In this document: positions 1-15,234 of the stretch, piece after piece
Position numbering within the stretch: position 1 is the stretch's first letter
Layout of the letters: the number at the start of each line of letters is the position of its first letter
The notes under the pieces: generated by a model
What the model was told of the DNA's origin: nothing
Seen by the model: only the letters and a program-made list of their open reading frames with translations
Database searches by the model: none
Source: Hormiphora californensis
Lineage: Eukaryota > Animalia > Ctenophora
Assembly: GCA_020137815.1 (NCBI GenBank)
Contig: CM035353.1
Coordinates: 3,224,001 to 3,288,000, forward strand
DNA length: 64,000 nucleotides
Direction: 5' to 3'
Made by a program: the position numbers and the translations under genes

Positions 1-234
1 AGTGCCTTTGGAGAGCGACCCAAAATTACCGTAAATTGTGGGTAAAAAACGTTTGTAAAATTTTAACAAAATTCAGGGTTTGGCGCACCCCCCAAAAAAA
101 AATTTTTGGGGTTGGAACTTTTTAAATTAATTTTGGGGAAGCGATCTTAAGTTTTTGGCCCAAATGTTTTTCCCCTAACAAGGTTTTTAATTGTAAGAAA
201 CCGGATTAGACTTTGGGTTTTTGAACTTTGGTCA

Positions 235-372
235 AACGTTTTTGGTTATAACTCCGTCAATTCTTGACCAAGTTGCATAAACCTGGGTTCGTTGGAATTT
301 GGAAAGATGGCATTTCAAACGAGCCCAACTTTAAATTGGTCAAGAATTGACGGAGTTATGAACAAAAACGTT
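235..372. repeat. Imperfect ~138-bp palindrome (probably part of a transposon)
   Basis: AACGTTTTTGGTTATAACTCCGTCAATTCTTGACCAA (235-271) is mirrored by TTGGTCAAGAATTGACGGAGTTATGAACAAAAACGTT (336-372); there is also an inner GGGTTCGTT/AACGAGCCC pair. Confidence 0.7.
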
Positions 373-693
373 CATTTTCGCACAGGCAGTTCGTTTTAGT
401 TTCGCATGCACTTTAGGGTAAGTAGTCGGGTGGTTTTTGGGTTTGGGGTTTGGGGCTCGAATTTGGATTAAACGAATTTTTCCAAATAATTTAGGGCCCC
501 GGGGCCGTCACCTATAAAAGGTTTAAACATGTAGAGATATTTGTTCTAAACTGATCGGGAAAGGTGATTGAAATTTAGATAACAGAATCAAGAAAATTTT
601 GGGAAGTAAGAGCCAGGGAGAAGGTGTCGAGAAAGAGAGAAATTCATAGAGGTAGAAAGGGGAGGGAGAGAGATTAAACAGAACCCTCGATTT

Positions 694-724
694 GCGATCG
701 GTACGATCGCCCCAGTTATACTAG
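694..724 (+). mobile_element. Helitron-like 3' terminus
   Basis: Hairpin GCGATCG-GTA-CGATCGC (694-710), then 10 nt, then CTAG followed by T. This is the canonical Helitron 3' end; the 5' end was not identified. Confidence 0.5.
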
Positions 725-909
725 TCAATTTTGATTTGGGCACTGGGGCATGTCACCTAAATTTAAAGTAGTGTCTCTAAGATCTAGTGTCTCGAAGATC
801 TAGTGTCTCCAAGATGAATAGTGTATCTAAGACCGTGCATGCGTGATATCGTGATGTAGTTGTAGTATAATCATGAACTCTAAAGTATAACTCTTTCTGT
901 TATAGTAAG

Positions 910-2176
910 ATGCCAGGCAGAGAAATTATTGGCCGTCGAGATTATGAGCTCTTTATACGGCCCTTTCCGGAAGATGCAGATTGTGACCGGGTGAAGAAAA
1001 AGATTATCCGGCATACACAGGTATTTAAATCACCAACTCGTGCTCAAACCTAGAATTTTGGGGAATTTTGTTAACATATTAACAGTCGCTTTTTGAAAGC
1101 TTGAATCCTTATAAATTGCTCGATCACTTTCGTAGGAGCTAGCACAAAAATGTAGAACTACACCGATTTAGTCTCTACTCAAGTTTCATGCAACTTAATT
1201 AAATAAGCAATCGTCAGGTCACCTGTTGTTTATTAACAGTATAGTGTTTTTGTATTGGATATCATCTATTCCGCCCATGTTTCTCAACCAACCTCTGTCC
1301 CGCCCACAGGTACCGATAAAGAATGTACGATTAAAAGGAAGTTCTGCGTTTGTTGTGTACAACAATCCCCAGGATGCAGCCAGAGCCATTTCAATTCTTG
1401 AGAAAACCCCACTGATTGGAGCAGATGGCTCCATCATGACGACCAAATACACAGTGGACTACGGTGACGATCCTTATAACAAGGACCTGCCCAGGCGATC
1501 TGCATCTCCTCAGAAACATCTCCTCAGAAACCTGCCCAGGCGATCTGCCTCACCTCAGAAAGGCATGAGGCGATCAATGTCACCCCAAAAGGGAATGAGA
1601 CGTTCTGTATCGCCGGATAAGCAGCGAAGAGGAAACTCTCCAGGAAGAAGTCGAAATGGAAATCGTGGTGGGGGACCTCACTACAGGGAGATCAAGAGGG
1701 TCATGGAGGAGTTTGATGGGCATCCAGAAATGGCAAAGTTATCAAGTTTGATAGGCCAGCGCCTCCCTAGAACGGACATTCCCATACACACGGAGTGCCA
1801 CTGCAAATCAATACATCCTGTATGTGGGTTTTTCCCTGATACTATTCCCATAGTTCCCGCTACCGGGACACCTCCCTCCGTAGTCATGACAACGCAACAA
1901 GCACAGAAGCTATACAATGATTTGTGCACGGCGGGAAAGGAGAAAAAGAAAAAGCCTACCAACAAGAAAAAGTGGTTGTCAATGAGACACCAACCTGTTA
2001 CTCCGGATCCCTTGCCACCGGGGATGGGAAGAGGTTTTGGAGCCTGCCCGTCTGTTGTCAGTCCGATTAGTTTTACAGAGGCTCCTTCTCCTCCTCCTGT
2101 CCACAAGACAACACCGGGACGGGGTCGTGGTCTCCTGAGTCTCACAGAGGAAGATATAAGAGCACAGTTTGGGTGA
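910..2176 (+). CDS. RRM protein with RS/SPQK repeats (SR-related), 2 exons
   Basis: Exons 910-1020 and 1310-2176 joined by a GT-AG phase-0 intron. The join gives LFIRPF (RNP2-like) ... KGSSAFVVY (RNP1-like), followed by RRSASPQK/RRSMSPQK repeats. Confidence 0.75.
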
Positions 2177-2339
2177 ATTGGTAGAACGAACTTTTAATTA
2201 TTCATAACTTTTCACAATCAACAAACAATACATTTTATTTTATTATGATTGAAGTTTTTAAAAATGTTTTAAAAGAATTCTTAATTTTCCTGTGATCATT
2301 ACAAATTTCTTATTCCATGCACCTTCACTGCAGCTCTCT

Positions 2340-3804
2340 ATGGCAGCGGAAAGAGATATCTCGGGGTCCCCTGACCTCCTATCGTCACGATCTCTCCCAG
2401 CTCTGGCTAGTATTGGAGAGCAATGTCACTGTCCAGTGTGTTGCTGCTGTAGGTCAGCAACTACCACTCCAACAACATCACGTGACCAGCTGGGTTATTG
2501 CCCCCTCAACAGCTTCCGTAGCAGCAGACCGTGAGTCGAGGGGGTTATCTTTCCTTGTTATGTTCTAACCCTCCCTTTACATTTGGCGCCCGAAACACAG
2601 TTTAGCCAGGCAAATCTTTCTGTGGATGTTTATCGATTTATCTGATTGTTGAGTCTTCTCACTTCTACTCCCCCCCCCCCCTAGGCGCTCAATGTATACA
2701 GAACGGATATCCTCTCCTGTACCAATACCTCATCGTCTTTCTACGCCAATCCCACCTGTTGTAAGGACGACACTACTGGCAAAGGGACGGGCTCGCCTTC
2801 AACCGGAGATACCTCAGCCCACGCCTACAACTAGTGATGTTCAGGGTGATCAAAACCCCCGGCTCTCTAGTACTAGTTTCACATCACTCCTTTCTAATGG
2901 ACCTGAGTTCATGAAGCGGAGCGAGGCTGACAGCCCTGTGATGACGGTGCCCAGAAGAAAACGATTTCGGAGGCCGAAGGTTAGTCATTTCCATTTAATA
3001 AGTCCGTCAGATGTACCCATCATGATATTTATGTTTCAACCCCACATTCCTCATCCAGGGTGTTCCATTCGGTGCAATTTCATAGCAACCTTCAGTCTAT
3101 TGTGGAGATGTTTAACGCGTTTGATGATGCCCAGAAAAATGACTGCCTAAAGCAGCTTGTGAACGTGTCTAATTTACCCCAAATGCACCTACTGTCAACC
3201 CTGATGGCCCCCATTCTACATGCATCGTGCCCCTACTAACTGTACTGATATTCTTCACTGGTTACCCCCTCAAATCAGCCTTGAGGTATGTAGGGAGATT
3301 GTACCAGCTGATAATTAGGAGTCAATTAGTAGCTAATTAGTAGCTCCCCGGTGTAATATATAATGAAGATAATGAAGATTCCCTCAGATTCTAAGTTATC
3401 TGGATGTGTACTCCTTAGTGGAGTGCCAGAAAGTGAACAGAACCTGGTACCGATTGAGTAGTGATAGTTCTCTATGGAAGATCCTTTGCTGTCGGCCGTT
3501 CTATCGACTCAGCTCGAATGTAAGTAGTTTGATGTAATATACGATACCCCTTACCTAAGGGTTAACTACTGACATATGTCGTCTCATATTTCTACACAGA
3601 AATACAACACGTTCTTCATTGTTTGAGTAGGATAGTACCACATTTCCCCTCCGTGTCAGGTATCAGCTAGCCAGTTAGAAGCGTTCAAAAAACACTACCA
3701 AGAGGAGATCCCGTGGAAGTTGGTGTTCGTGGAACGCTTCAGACTACAACAGAACTGGCTGCATGGATCATGTCCATGTTAGGACATTTGAGGGTCACAC
3801 GCAG
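2340..3804 (+). CDS. F-box/WD40 protein (FBXW7/Met30-SconB-like), 5' part only
   Basis: Exons ~2340-2530, 2685-2979, ~3060-3285, 3388-3519, 3660-3804. They give a helical segment before the F-box, the F-box DILHWLPPQISLEILSYLDVYSLVECQKVNRTWYRLSSDSSLW, and PWKLVFVERFRLQQNW...VRTFEGHTQ (start of the first WD repeat). Two apparent 1-nt insertions (~3059, ~3774). No later WD exons found. Confidence 0.8.
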
Positions 3805-3813
3805 GTTAGGTAC

Positions 3814-3922
3814 CAGGAACCGACCGAAACAAGTAAACAACCAATCAGAACTCGTTATTTAGGTCACGTGACTAGTTATCAGCCAATCAGGGACCAGTAT
3901 TTCCTGATTCGGTCGGTTCCTG
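3814..3922 (+). mobile_element. 109-bp hAT-type MITE
   Basis: TIRs CAGGAACCGACCGA / TCGGTCGGTTCCTG; near-TSD TTAGGTAC / TTAGAGAC; same family as the copies at 16516, 23840, 27148 and 41162. Confidence 0.85.
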
Positions 3923-4062
3923 TTAGAGACAAATATTATATTATTATCAATCACACCAGTGTACTATACGGAAATATGCCAAAGTCTAAACAGAGAGCAG
4001 GATCCGGGCCCGGGGGATTTAACCCTGCTCTCGCCCGTGTGGGAGTGGTGCGTGTAGTGGAC

Positions 4063-4150
4063 CGAGAGAGAGAGAGAGAGAGAGAGATAGAGGATACCGA
4101 GAGAGAGAGAGCGAGAGAGAGAGAGAGAGAAGGAGAGAGAGCAAGCTCTC

Positions 4151-4195
<45 letters not shown>

Positions 4196-4210
4196 CTCTC
4201 GCTCTCTCCT
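4063..4210. repeat. (AG)n followed by (CT)n microsatellite, low-quality sequence
   Basis: Directly visible dinucleotide tracts. Confidence 0.85.
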
Positions 4211-5712
4211 CCTACTCTCCTCGCATCTCTACTAACCACACTTATCCCCCACTCTCGTTCTTCTCTCTCTATCAGCGGTATCTCGATTGCTTTTTACTAT
4301 CCCCCTACTGGGCCCACACCCTATAGCACAGAGAGATAGTTATTGGTAGATGGCTTACAAGTCGATGGAGAGAGACGATGAGATATAGAGCGATATACGA
4401 TCTAGACGATAGATAGATGTAGAGATATGGGAGACGGAGAGGGAGAGAGTAGCATGCTAGGGGGTATAGTATGTAGGGACAGTTATGCTCACCGCTCCTA
4501 AGTATCATTTCTCCCTCTTCAGTCTAGCTCTCCAGTACAGCACTCTCTCTATCTCTCTCTGTTTTCACTTTAATAGGAGCTAATCCCCCCACCCTCTCCA
4601 TCCGTTTTTTCTCGACCATTTGTTACAGCTTGCACGGAGTCATGTGACCTGTCACATGTATTTTGATTAGCATGGGGCGAGGCTGTCTCTGTTTCTCTCT
4701 CCCTTACTCAAATACTCAACGTGGTATCATATTTTTTATTTTCATTTTATTTCATTTGATATACATATCTAATAGGGACTCTATGAATATATGATAAATA
4801 GTTGAACATCAGTTATATTTTCTGAGTAATGGATTCTCTTCTATTATTATAGCTTTGATCAACAGCGCCTTTCTATGGTATCGAGTATCACCTGAAAAGA
4901 ACCGGTTGATGTTTGTTGCTAGACTGGTATTTGATACCTATAGCAATAGGGTTCTGGTATTTGATTGTTAATAGGGTTCTGCTAGAAGGGCGTTATTTCC
5001 AATTTGACCAACCCTACCCTATCCTCTAACCCTAGAGGGTAATCTGAACCCCCCACAACAACACGATATGTTGCTAATTAAGGGTGCGCTAGAGATGACG
5101 TAGATATAGTTCCAATTAGCACTTACTAATTAATGATTGATTATATGTATCGGTATCACATGTTTTTAGGGGGCGATGTCTCATGTTCCACTTATATAAA
5201 AGCAATATCTAAAAAGTAGCAAAAGTTGAAAAACACGTGACCCGCGTTGCACGTGAATGATGACTGCGTGAGTGAGCGCCGCAACTTTCTTCTGTTACAA
5301 TAGTACTAGTAGTATGCTGTTTGGAGTACTACCATGCTAGCTATAATTTGTTTTTATCTCATGCTGCTGTAGTAGTCTACTTAGGTGTCTTACTTTTGTG
5401 TATTTTTTCTGTCGTAAAGGGTCACATGTTGGCGATAAAAGTAGAATTGTTTTGATTAGATTGTGCCTCTGGTATGTTTAGAGTAACGATGTCATATGTT
5501 ATGCTCGTTGTACTACTTAAATTGCTAAAGTCTAAGTGTCCGTTGACATCACCCCTCATCGTTAGCAGCGAAGGGGATAGCGCGACGTACAGGGGATAGC
5601 GCGACGTGCCCAACCCTCATCGTGGGGCTCCTATACAGCGTAATAGGGGTGACTTTGTAACCAAAAGTACCCGTTTAGTTTTTACTCTTTTAGATCAACT
5701 CAATCCCCACAG

Positions 5713-5943
5713 CCCAGGAACTAACCCACTACCACCCTCCCCCCTCCCAACCCAGGAACTAACCCACTACCACCCTCCCCCCTCCCAACCCAGGAACTAA
5801 CTCACTACCACCCTCCCAGCACTACCCACTACCCCCTCTCCCCCAGGCCACTAACCCACTACCACCCTTCCCCAGCAACTAACCCACTAACCCCCCCCCC
5901 CCCCCGGCCCAGCAACTAACCCACTACCCCCTCCTCAGCCCAG
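5713..5943 (+). repeat. ~35-40-bp minisatellite (CCCAGGAACTAACCCACTACCACCCTCCCCCTCCCAA-like)
   Basis: About 6-7 degenerate units, most with ACTAAC, a C-rich tract and CAG. The array ends at the CAG 5 nt before the Fox ATG. Confidence 0.85.
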
Positions 5944-5948
5944 GAATC

Positions 5949-9998
<4,050 letters not shown>

Positions 9999-12084
9999 GG
10001 GTGTTGGGAAAATTTGGACTTTTCTCTTTTTTTTATTTGCAAAACCAGCACAAAAACCAAATTTCCATTGGAAAAAATTTTTTGGGGCCATGCGGTTTTA
10101 ATTAGGGGCAAAAAAATTAAATGAATTTAAAGGGGGGAAAAAAAAAAACCTTGGAAAGTTTGAAATTTTAATTAAAATTTAAAAATATGGAAGATTTATG
10201 ATATATAAATTTTATGGTTAGATAAACTATCTTATACCTTTTGGCCCCCGCGCCCCCAAATGGGGTTGGTCCCCCATACACTTTTACAGTCATGATGATT
10301 AGAGGGTTCTGGGTTTTTTAGATGCGGTTTTTGTTTCGGCCTGTCGGGCGGCGCCAAACCCAAAAACGTCAGGCCTAGTGTAAAAGGGGGGGCCCCTAAA
10401 AATTCCCCGGAAAAGGTCTTTATTTGTTTTTTTGTTAAAGGTCGGGTAGGGAAATATCAAAATTTTTCAGTTTACCCAATTTTTTAAACGTCTTTCCCAC
10501 AATATAAATTTTAGTCCTCTTCATTTATAACCCCTTTTGGGAATTTAGAAAAAAAGAAAAAAAAGAAGAACCAGAAAAAACAAAAAAAAAAAAGAAAAGG
10601 GAGAAAAAATTTTTCCCCCCTAAAAAACTTTTTTTTTTCCCGGGGGGGGCTCCTTCCCCTCCCTCTTCCTTCTTTTCTTCCATCTTCTCCCCTTCTTCTT
10701 CCCCCTTTCTCTCTCCCTCTCTCTCTCTCTCTCTTTCCTCTCTCTCTCCCGGAAAGCTTCGCATTTTTGGAAGTTTCTTCCTAAAGTTTCCCGATGATGA
10801 CAAAAAAACAGTTAAAACCTTTCCCCGCCCTCCTTCTCTCCCTCTATCAGATCTCCTTCTCTATTTCTTTGTTTTGAGTGGTGAAAGAAACGTTTCTTTA
10901 AAATATTTACTAGTGCATGCTCCGATCACAAGCAGCAACTGTTAGTGTTATTGATTGATGTAGAGAGGGATATTGAGAGAGGGAAAGATAGAGAGGGGCA
11001 GTAAAGAATCGCTTGTGTATATATATTGCTTACTATAATTCTCCGTACATCCATGGGAAATTTCTTTTAAATTATATATATATTGCTCTTCAGCAGTAGA
11101 CAGTATATTAAAAAGAAACAAAGTGTCTTGCATATGTCCAACAGCTATAACCGATATGATTGTTATGTTTCAAATATAATAATAAACATATATATCGATG
11201 TCAGGGCAATTAGTGTTGGTTTTCAAAATATTATTTATGTGTCTCCATGGTGAGAGTGTTCTCACGGGACGTGTCTTGTGTTATAGCAGTGAGACAACGA
11301 GTACTAGAAGTATGAGAAAAGAGTGTGGCCAAATATTATTTATAATGTTATTACAATAATACGGATAACTAAAAAGTTATTTATCCGAATTTTCGTATAT
11401 TTATTTTAGTTTGTATTTGCTAAATTATTGATTGTAAATATATATTACGCACTTTCCGTTTCAATTATAGTTTAAAACAAAGTAGCGTGTTTTAATTATC
11501 AGATTGAGCGTTTCAAAAGTGAATGGGAAAGTTTTTAAGGTGAGCGGGGAATGCCTCCAAAAAAGTGGGCAGCGTCTGGCATAGGGACGGGAACCCGGGA
11601 AGGGGGAAGCCCCCACCAACGAGGCCGTTAAAAATTTTAAACCCAAAGGGAGCCAGATTTTCGGGTTTGTATAGCGCGGAAAAATTTCGGGGGGGGGGGT
11701 CCCCTTTCTAAAACCCCCGAGAACTTTAACTTTTCAACCCCCATAAGTTTCTGCCCCGAAAAGCTTTTGGCTGGCACACGGGGTCGAGTGATTCGCGCGG
11801 GTTTTCAGGTACCAAAACGTGTTCCCCGACGAGGGCGAAGAACCCCGTGTACCGGTTTTTTTTAAAAACCTTTCTTTTTCTGGGGGATGATTCCCCCCCA
11901 ACCGGCCCGAAAAAAAAGGTTTTACCCCTTGGAGGAGATTAAACGCCCACGGGCGGGGGTTGCCATGTACCCCTACCATCTGTATCCGGGTCTGTGCCTC
12001 GGAAAAGCTCACAGGGGTTTGGCCCCGGGGTTTAGATCTGACAGACAAGGAACATGTCAAGGTGCGGAGATGACGCGGAGTGCG

Positions 12085-13429
12085 CACGGCGTGCCTGGTG
12101 AAATTTTAACACGACCTAGCATGCAACGGGAAACCACCACTTGTACGTGGTAGCTGAGGGTCTACAGAATGGCGCTACGGTGCGGGATAAAAAAATCCAT
12201 TCCCTAAAATCTTTTTTTTTACTTTTATTTGATTTGGGTCAAAATTGGCTATATTAAACGTGGTCCCGAAAAATCCATAATGACTTATCACACGAAATAT
12301 GTCACCCCTACCTATTTTTGCACGTAGAATCGATTGCCGTTGAAGTCGAATCTCTAAAATGACTGTAAAATGGTCAAAAGTTGATTTTTTACCATTTTTT
12401 GGAGGTTTTTGGCCCCTAAACCATTGAAAACGTTGAGATAGGAATTTGAAACTAGTGCCAATCATTAAAATGGTCATTTTTCTACCAAGAACCAAGTTTT
12501 CGTGTATATCCGATTTATGGTTAGATTTGGGCAAATTGTTGAAATCTGCCAACTAGGAGAACCGTAACTTGATTTTCTTGTTTTTTGGATTTTGGCATTT
12601 TTGACTAACTTCTGATTGAAATGGTCAATCGGGACCATGCTTAAGTTGTTTATGGGACAATTTTCGACTAAAATCCAAGATTTCATACCAATCCAATTAC
12701 AGATCGTTGATTTATAGAAAATTTAAGTAGGCAAAACGGTGAAAATAAGCAAGAAAAGTTGTCATTTTGACCGTTTTGCCTACATAAATTTTCTATAAAT
12801 CAACGATCTGTTATTGGATTGGTATGAAATCTTAGATTTTAGTCGAAAATTGTCCCATAAACAACTTAAGCATGGTCCCGATTGACCATTTCAATCAGAA
12901 GTTAGTCAAAAATGCCAAAATCCAAAAAACAAGAAAATCAAGTTACGGTTCTCCTAGTTGGCAGATTTCAACAATTTGCCCAAATCTAACCATAAATCGG
13001 ATATACACGAAAACTTGGTTCTTGGTAGAAAAATGACCATTTTAATGATTGGCACTAGTTTCAAATTCCTATCTCAACGTTTTCAATGGTTTAGGGGCCA
13101 AAAACCTCCAAAAAATGGTAAAAAATCAACTTTTGACCATTTTACAGTCATTTTAGAGATTCGACTTCAACGGCAATCGATTCTACGTGCAAAAATAGGT
13201 AGGGGTGACATATTTCGTGTGATAAGTCATTATGGATTTTTCGGGACCACGTTTAATATAGCCAATTTTGACCCAAATCAAATAAAAGTATGTAAAAAAA
13301 AAGATTTTAGGGAATGGATTTTTTTATCCCGCACCGTAGCGCCATTCTGTAGACCCTCAGCTACCACGTACAAGTGGTGGTTTCCCGTTGCATGCTAGGT
13401 CGTGTTAAAATTTCACCAGGCACGCCGTG
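12085..13429. mobile_element. 1345-bp fold-back non-autonomous DNA transposon, Chapaev/CMC-like
   Basis: Near-perfect ~660-bp inverted arms with termini CACGGCGTGCC / GGCACGCCGTG and a 4-bp TSD TGCG (12081-84, 13430-33). Confidence 0.85.
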
Positions 13430-14214
13430 TGCGGTCTTATATGAGAGAATGTCAGAGCATTGACCTTGGGGGTTGGACCCAACAAAGTGACACTGTTATT
13501 CTGATTCTGGTGACACTGTTATTCAGAATCTGAATATCTGTGTCACCCGAGGTGTTATGATGGTAAACTTGGGATAGCTGATAATCGACTGGGAACATGT
13601 CAAATCTTGGACTGGGTCGGCGCCGCCAGAGAGGCTCACTTATGACGGCAGCTAGTAGTTCTACTACAATCCCTTCAATACTGAAAACCAGAAAACCTTG
13701 GTTACGACGTCACCCCTGTTATTATATTGTGAGCTTTTGCGGAGGGGTAATTTCATCACCAACTGGAAACCCAGGCCTCCGCACCGTAATCGATAGAGCC
13801 CAGATCGGTGCCACTTGCTAACCGTTTCCTCTGATGACAGTCATTGACAGTAAAATCGCGGCAATCCCGAACACAGCCTTGTTTCAATGCGCGCCATTTA
13901 TCAAATGCTCACACAGTGTGTTTTGTATTGTTTGGCCTATCGGCGCGTTCCAAACTCGACATCCCGCCTTTGTGACCGGTGGGCCGAGAAAATTAAAGAC
14001 GGATATCACAAAACCGAAAAACCTTACAAAACCAAATAAATTACAATGTTGTATCTCTTTTTAACACAATCAACTAGGTCTCAACTCTCGATTGTCAATT
14101 AATCAAATTGTCCATTAATGAGATTAGATCCAATCCAAAACCGGACCGGCCACCACAATCTCGACACAAAGTGGTATTCATCTGAACAAGGGTCACACTA
14201 TCTCAGCTGGGATC

Positions 14215-14672
14215 TCACTTTGAGGGGGCTGGATCCTCAACATAACCATATTCCCTCTCCAACTCCACCAAGTGGTCTAGCTGCTTCTTTTGTCGCACAC
14301 TTGAAAAGTAATCTGAGGAGGGAGGGGGGATATATATGTGAGTACAGAGCGACTGTGATTTTATGAAACAAAATGTGACCTTGTGAAACTGGTCTTGTGA
14401 AAACTAAATCGGGTTAAAATAATGTTAATTTCCTATATCGGGAAAAAAATCCTGCCACTAAATTGGGGTGCCACTAAATTGGGGGCCATTAAATTGGGGT
14501 CCGACTGTATATTGATCTTCACTACACACTTACATGTGACTCCGATAAAAACAGTAATTCCAGCTATCCAAGTTCTAATTTTCCTGCCCCTATTCTGTTC
14601 AGAGTTGAATATCTTAGCTGCATCGTGGGTCTTGGGTCGTTGGGCCTTGATCGCCTTCCTTTTGACATCCAT
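14215..14672 (-). CDS. 78-aa single-pass membrane microprotein (tentatively COA3/CCDC56-like)
   Basis: Exons 14672-14534 and 14312-14215, phase-1 GTAAGT-CAG intron. Protein MDVKRKAIKAQRPKTHDAAKIFNSEQNRGRKIRTWIAGITVFIGVTYYFSSVRQKKQLDHLVELEREYGYVEDPAPSK. The family call rests on remembered motif resemblance only. Confidence 0.6.
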
Positions 14673-14747
14673 CGCTAATACTGCAGTGATGGTTAGAGGG
14701 ATGGTTGATATAAAAAGGGGATTCTACAATTTACAAATAGGGAGATA

Positions 14748-14895
14748 CGGTGGTATAGACCGGAGTAGCGGGGGAGGGGTGGTATAGACCGGAGTAGCGG
14801 GAGAGGAGGGGTGGTATAGACCGGAGTAGCGGGGGAGGGGTGGTGGTATAGACCGGAGTAGCGGGGGAGGGGTGGTATAGACCGGAGTAGCGGGG
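14748..14895. repeat. ~30-bp minisatellite GGTGGTATAGACCGGAGTAGCGGGGGAG
   Basis: Five visible units. Confidence 0.9.
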
Positions 14896-15234
14896 TCTTT
14901 CCTGAGCGACAGGCTAGGGGAGAAAAAACACCATATATCTTTAAACTGGGGCAAAATAAAAACGAGAGAACGCACTAATAACGTAATGGTATTACATGTA
15001 TTTTAACTATACGAGGTTATCATTATTAAACTGCGCTCAAGTTAAAGATGTCATAAAAAATAAAGTTCCTTCATAACACACAGCTGCAGCAGGAATATTA
15101 TATCTGGGATCTTCAAACTCACCATGGGCCCAATCACACAAACACACACACCACCCCGCGGTGCCCACACAAGCTCGGACACATATATAAGCTCGGATGA
15201 TTGGGTGAGTGAAGAAAAGCTGAGGTATGATGGA

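Noticed and set aside
5193-5256. TATATAAAAG plus two CACGTG motifs upstream of the Fox gene as its core promoter
   Set aside because: Plausible, but short motifs in AT-rich DNA cannot be supported without TSS data.
12175-13398. Two near-identical ORFs (MADFNNLPKS...) on opposite strands
   Set aside because: They are mirror images produced by the fold-back arms; TTG starts and no domain motifs.
13450-13900. Possible further minus-strand exons downstream of the microprotein
   Set aside because: Open stretches exist, but no consistent start, phase chain or recognisable domain could be built.
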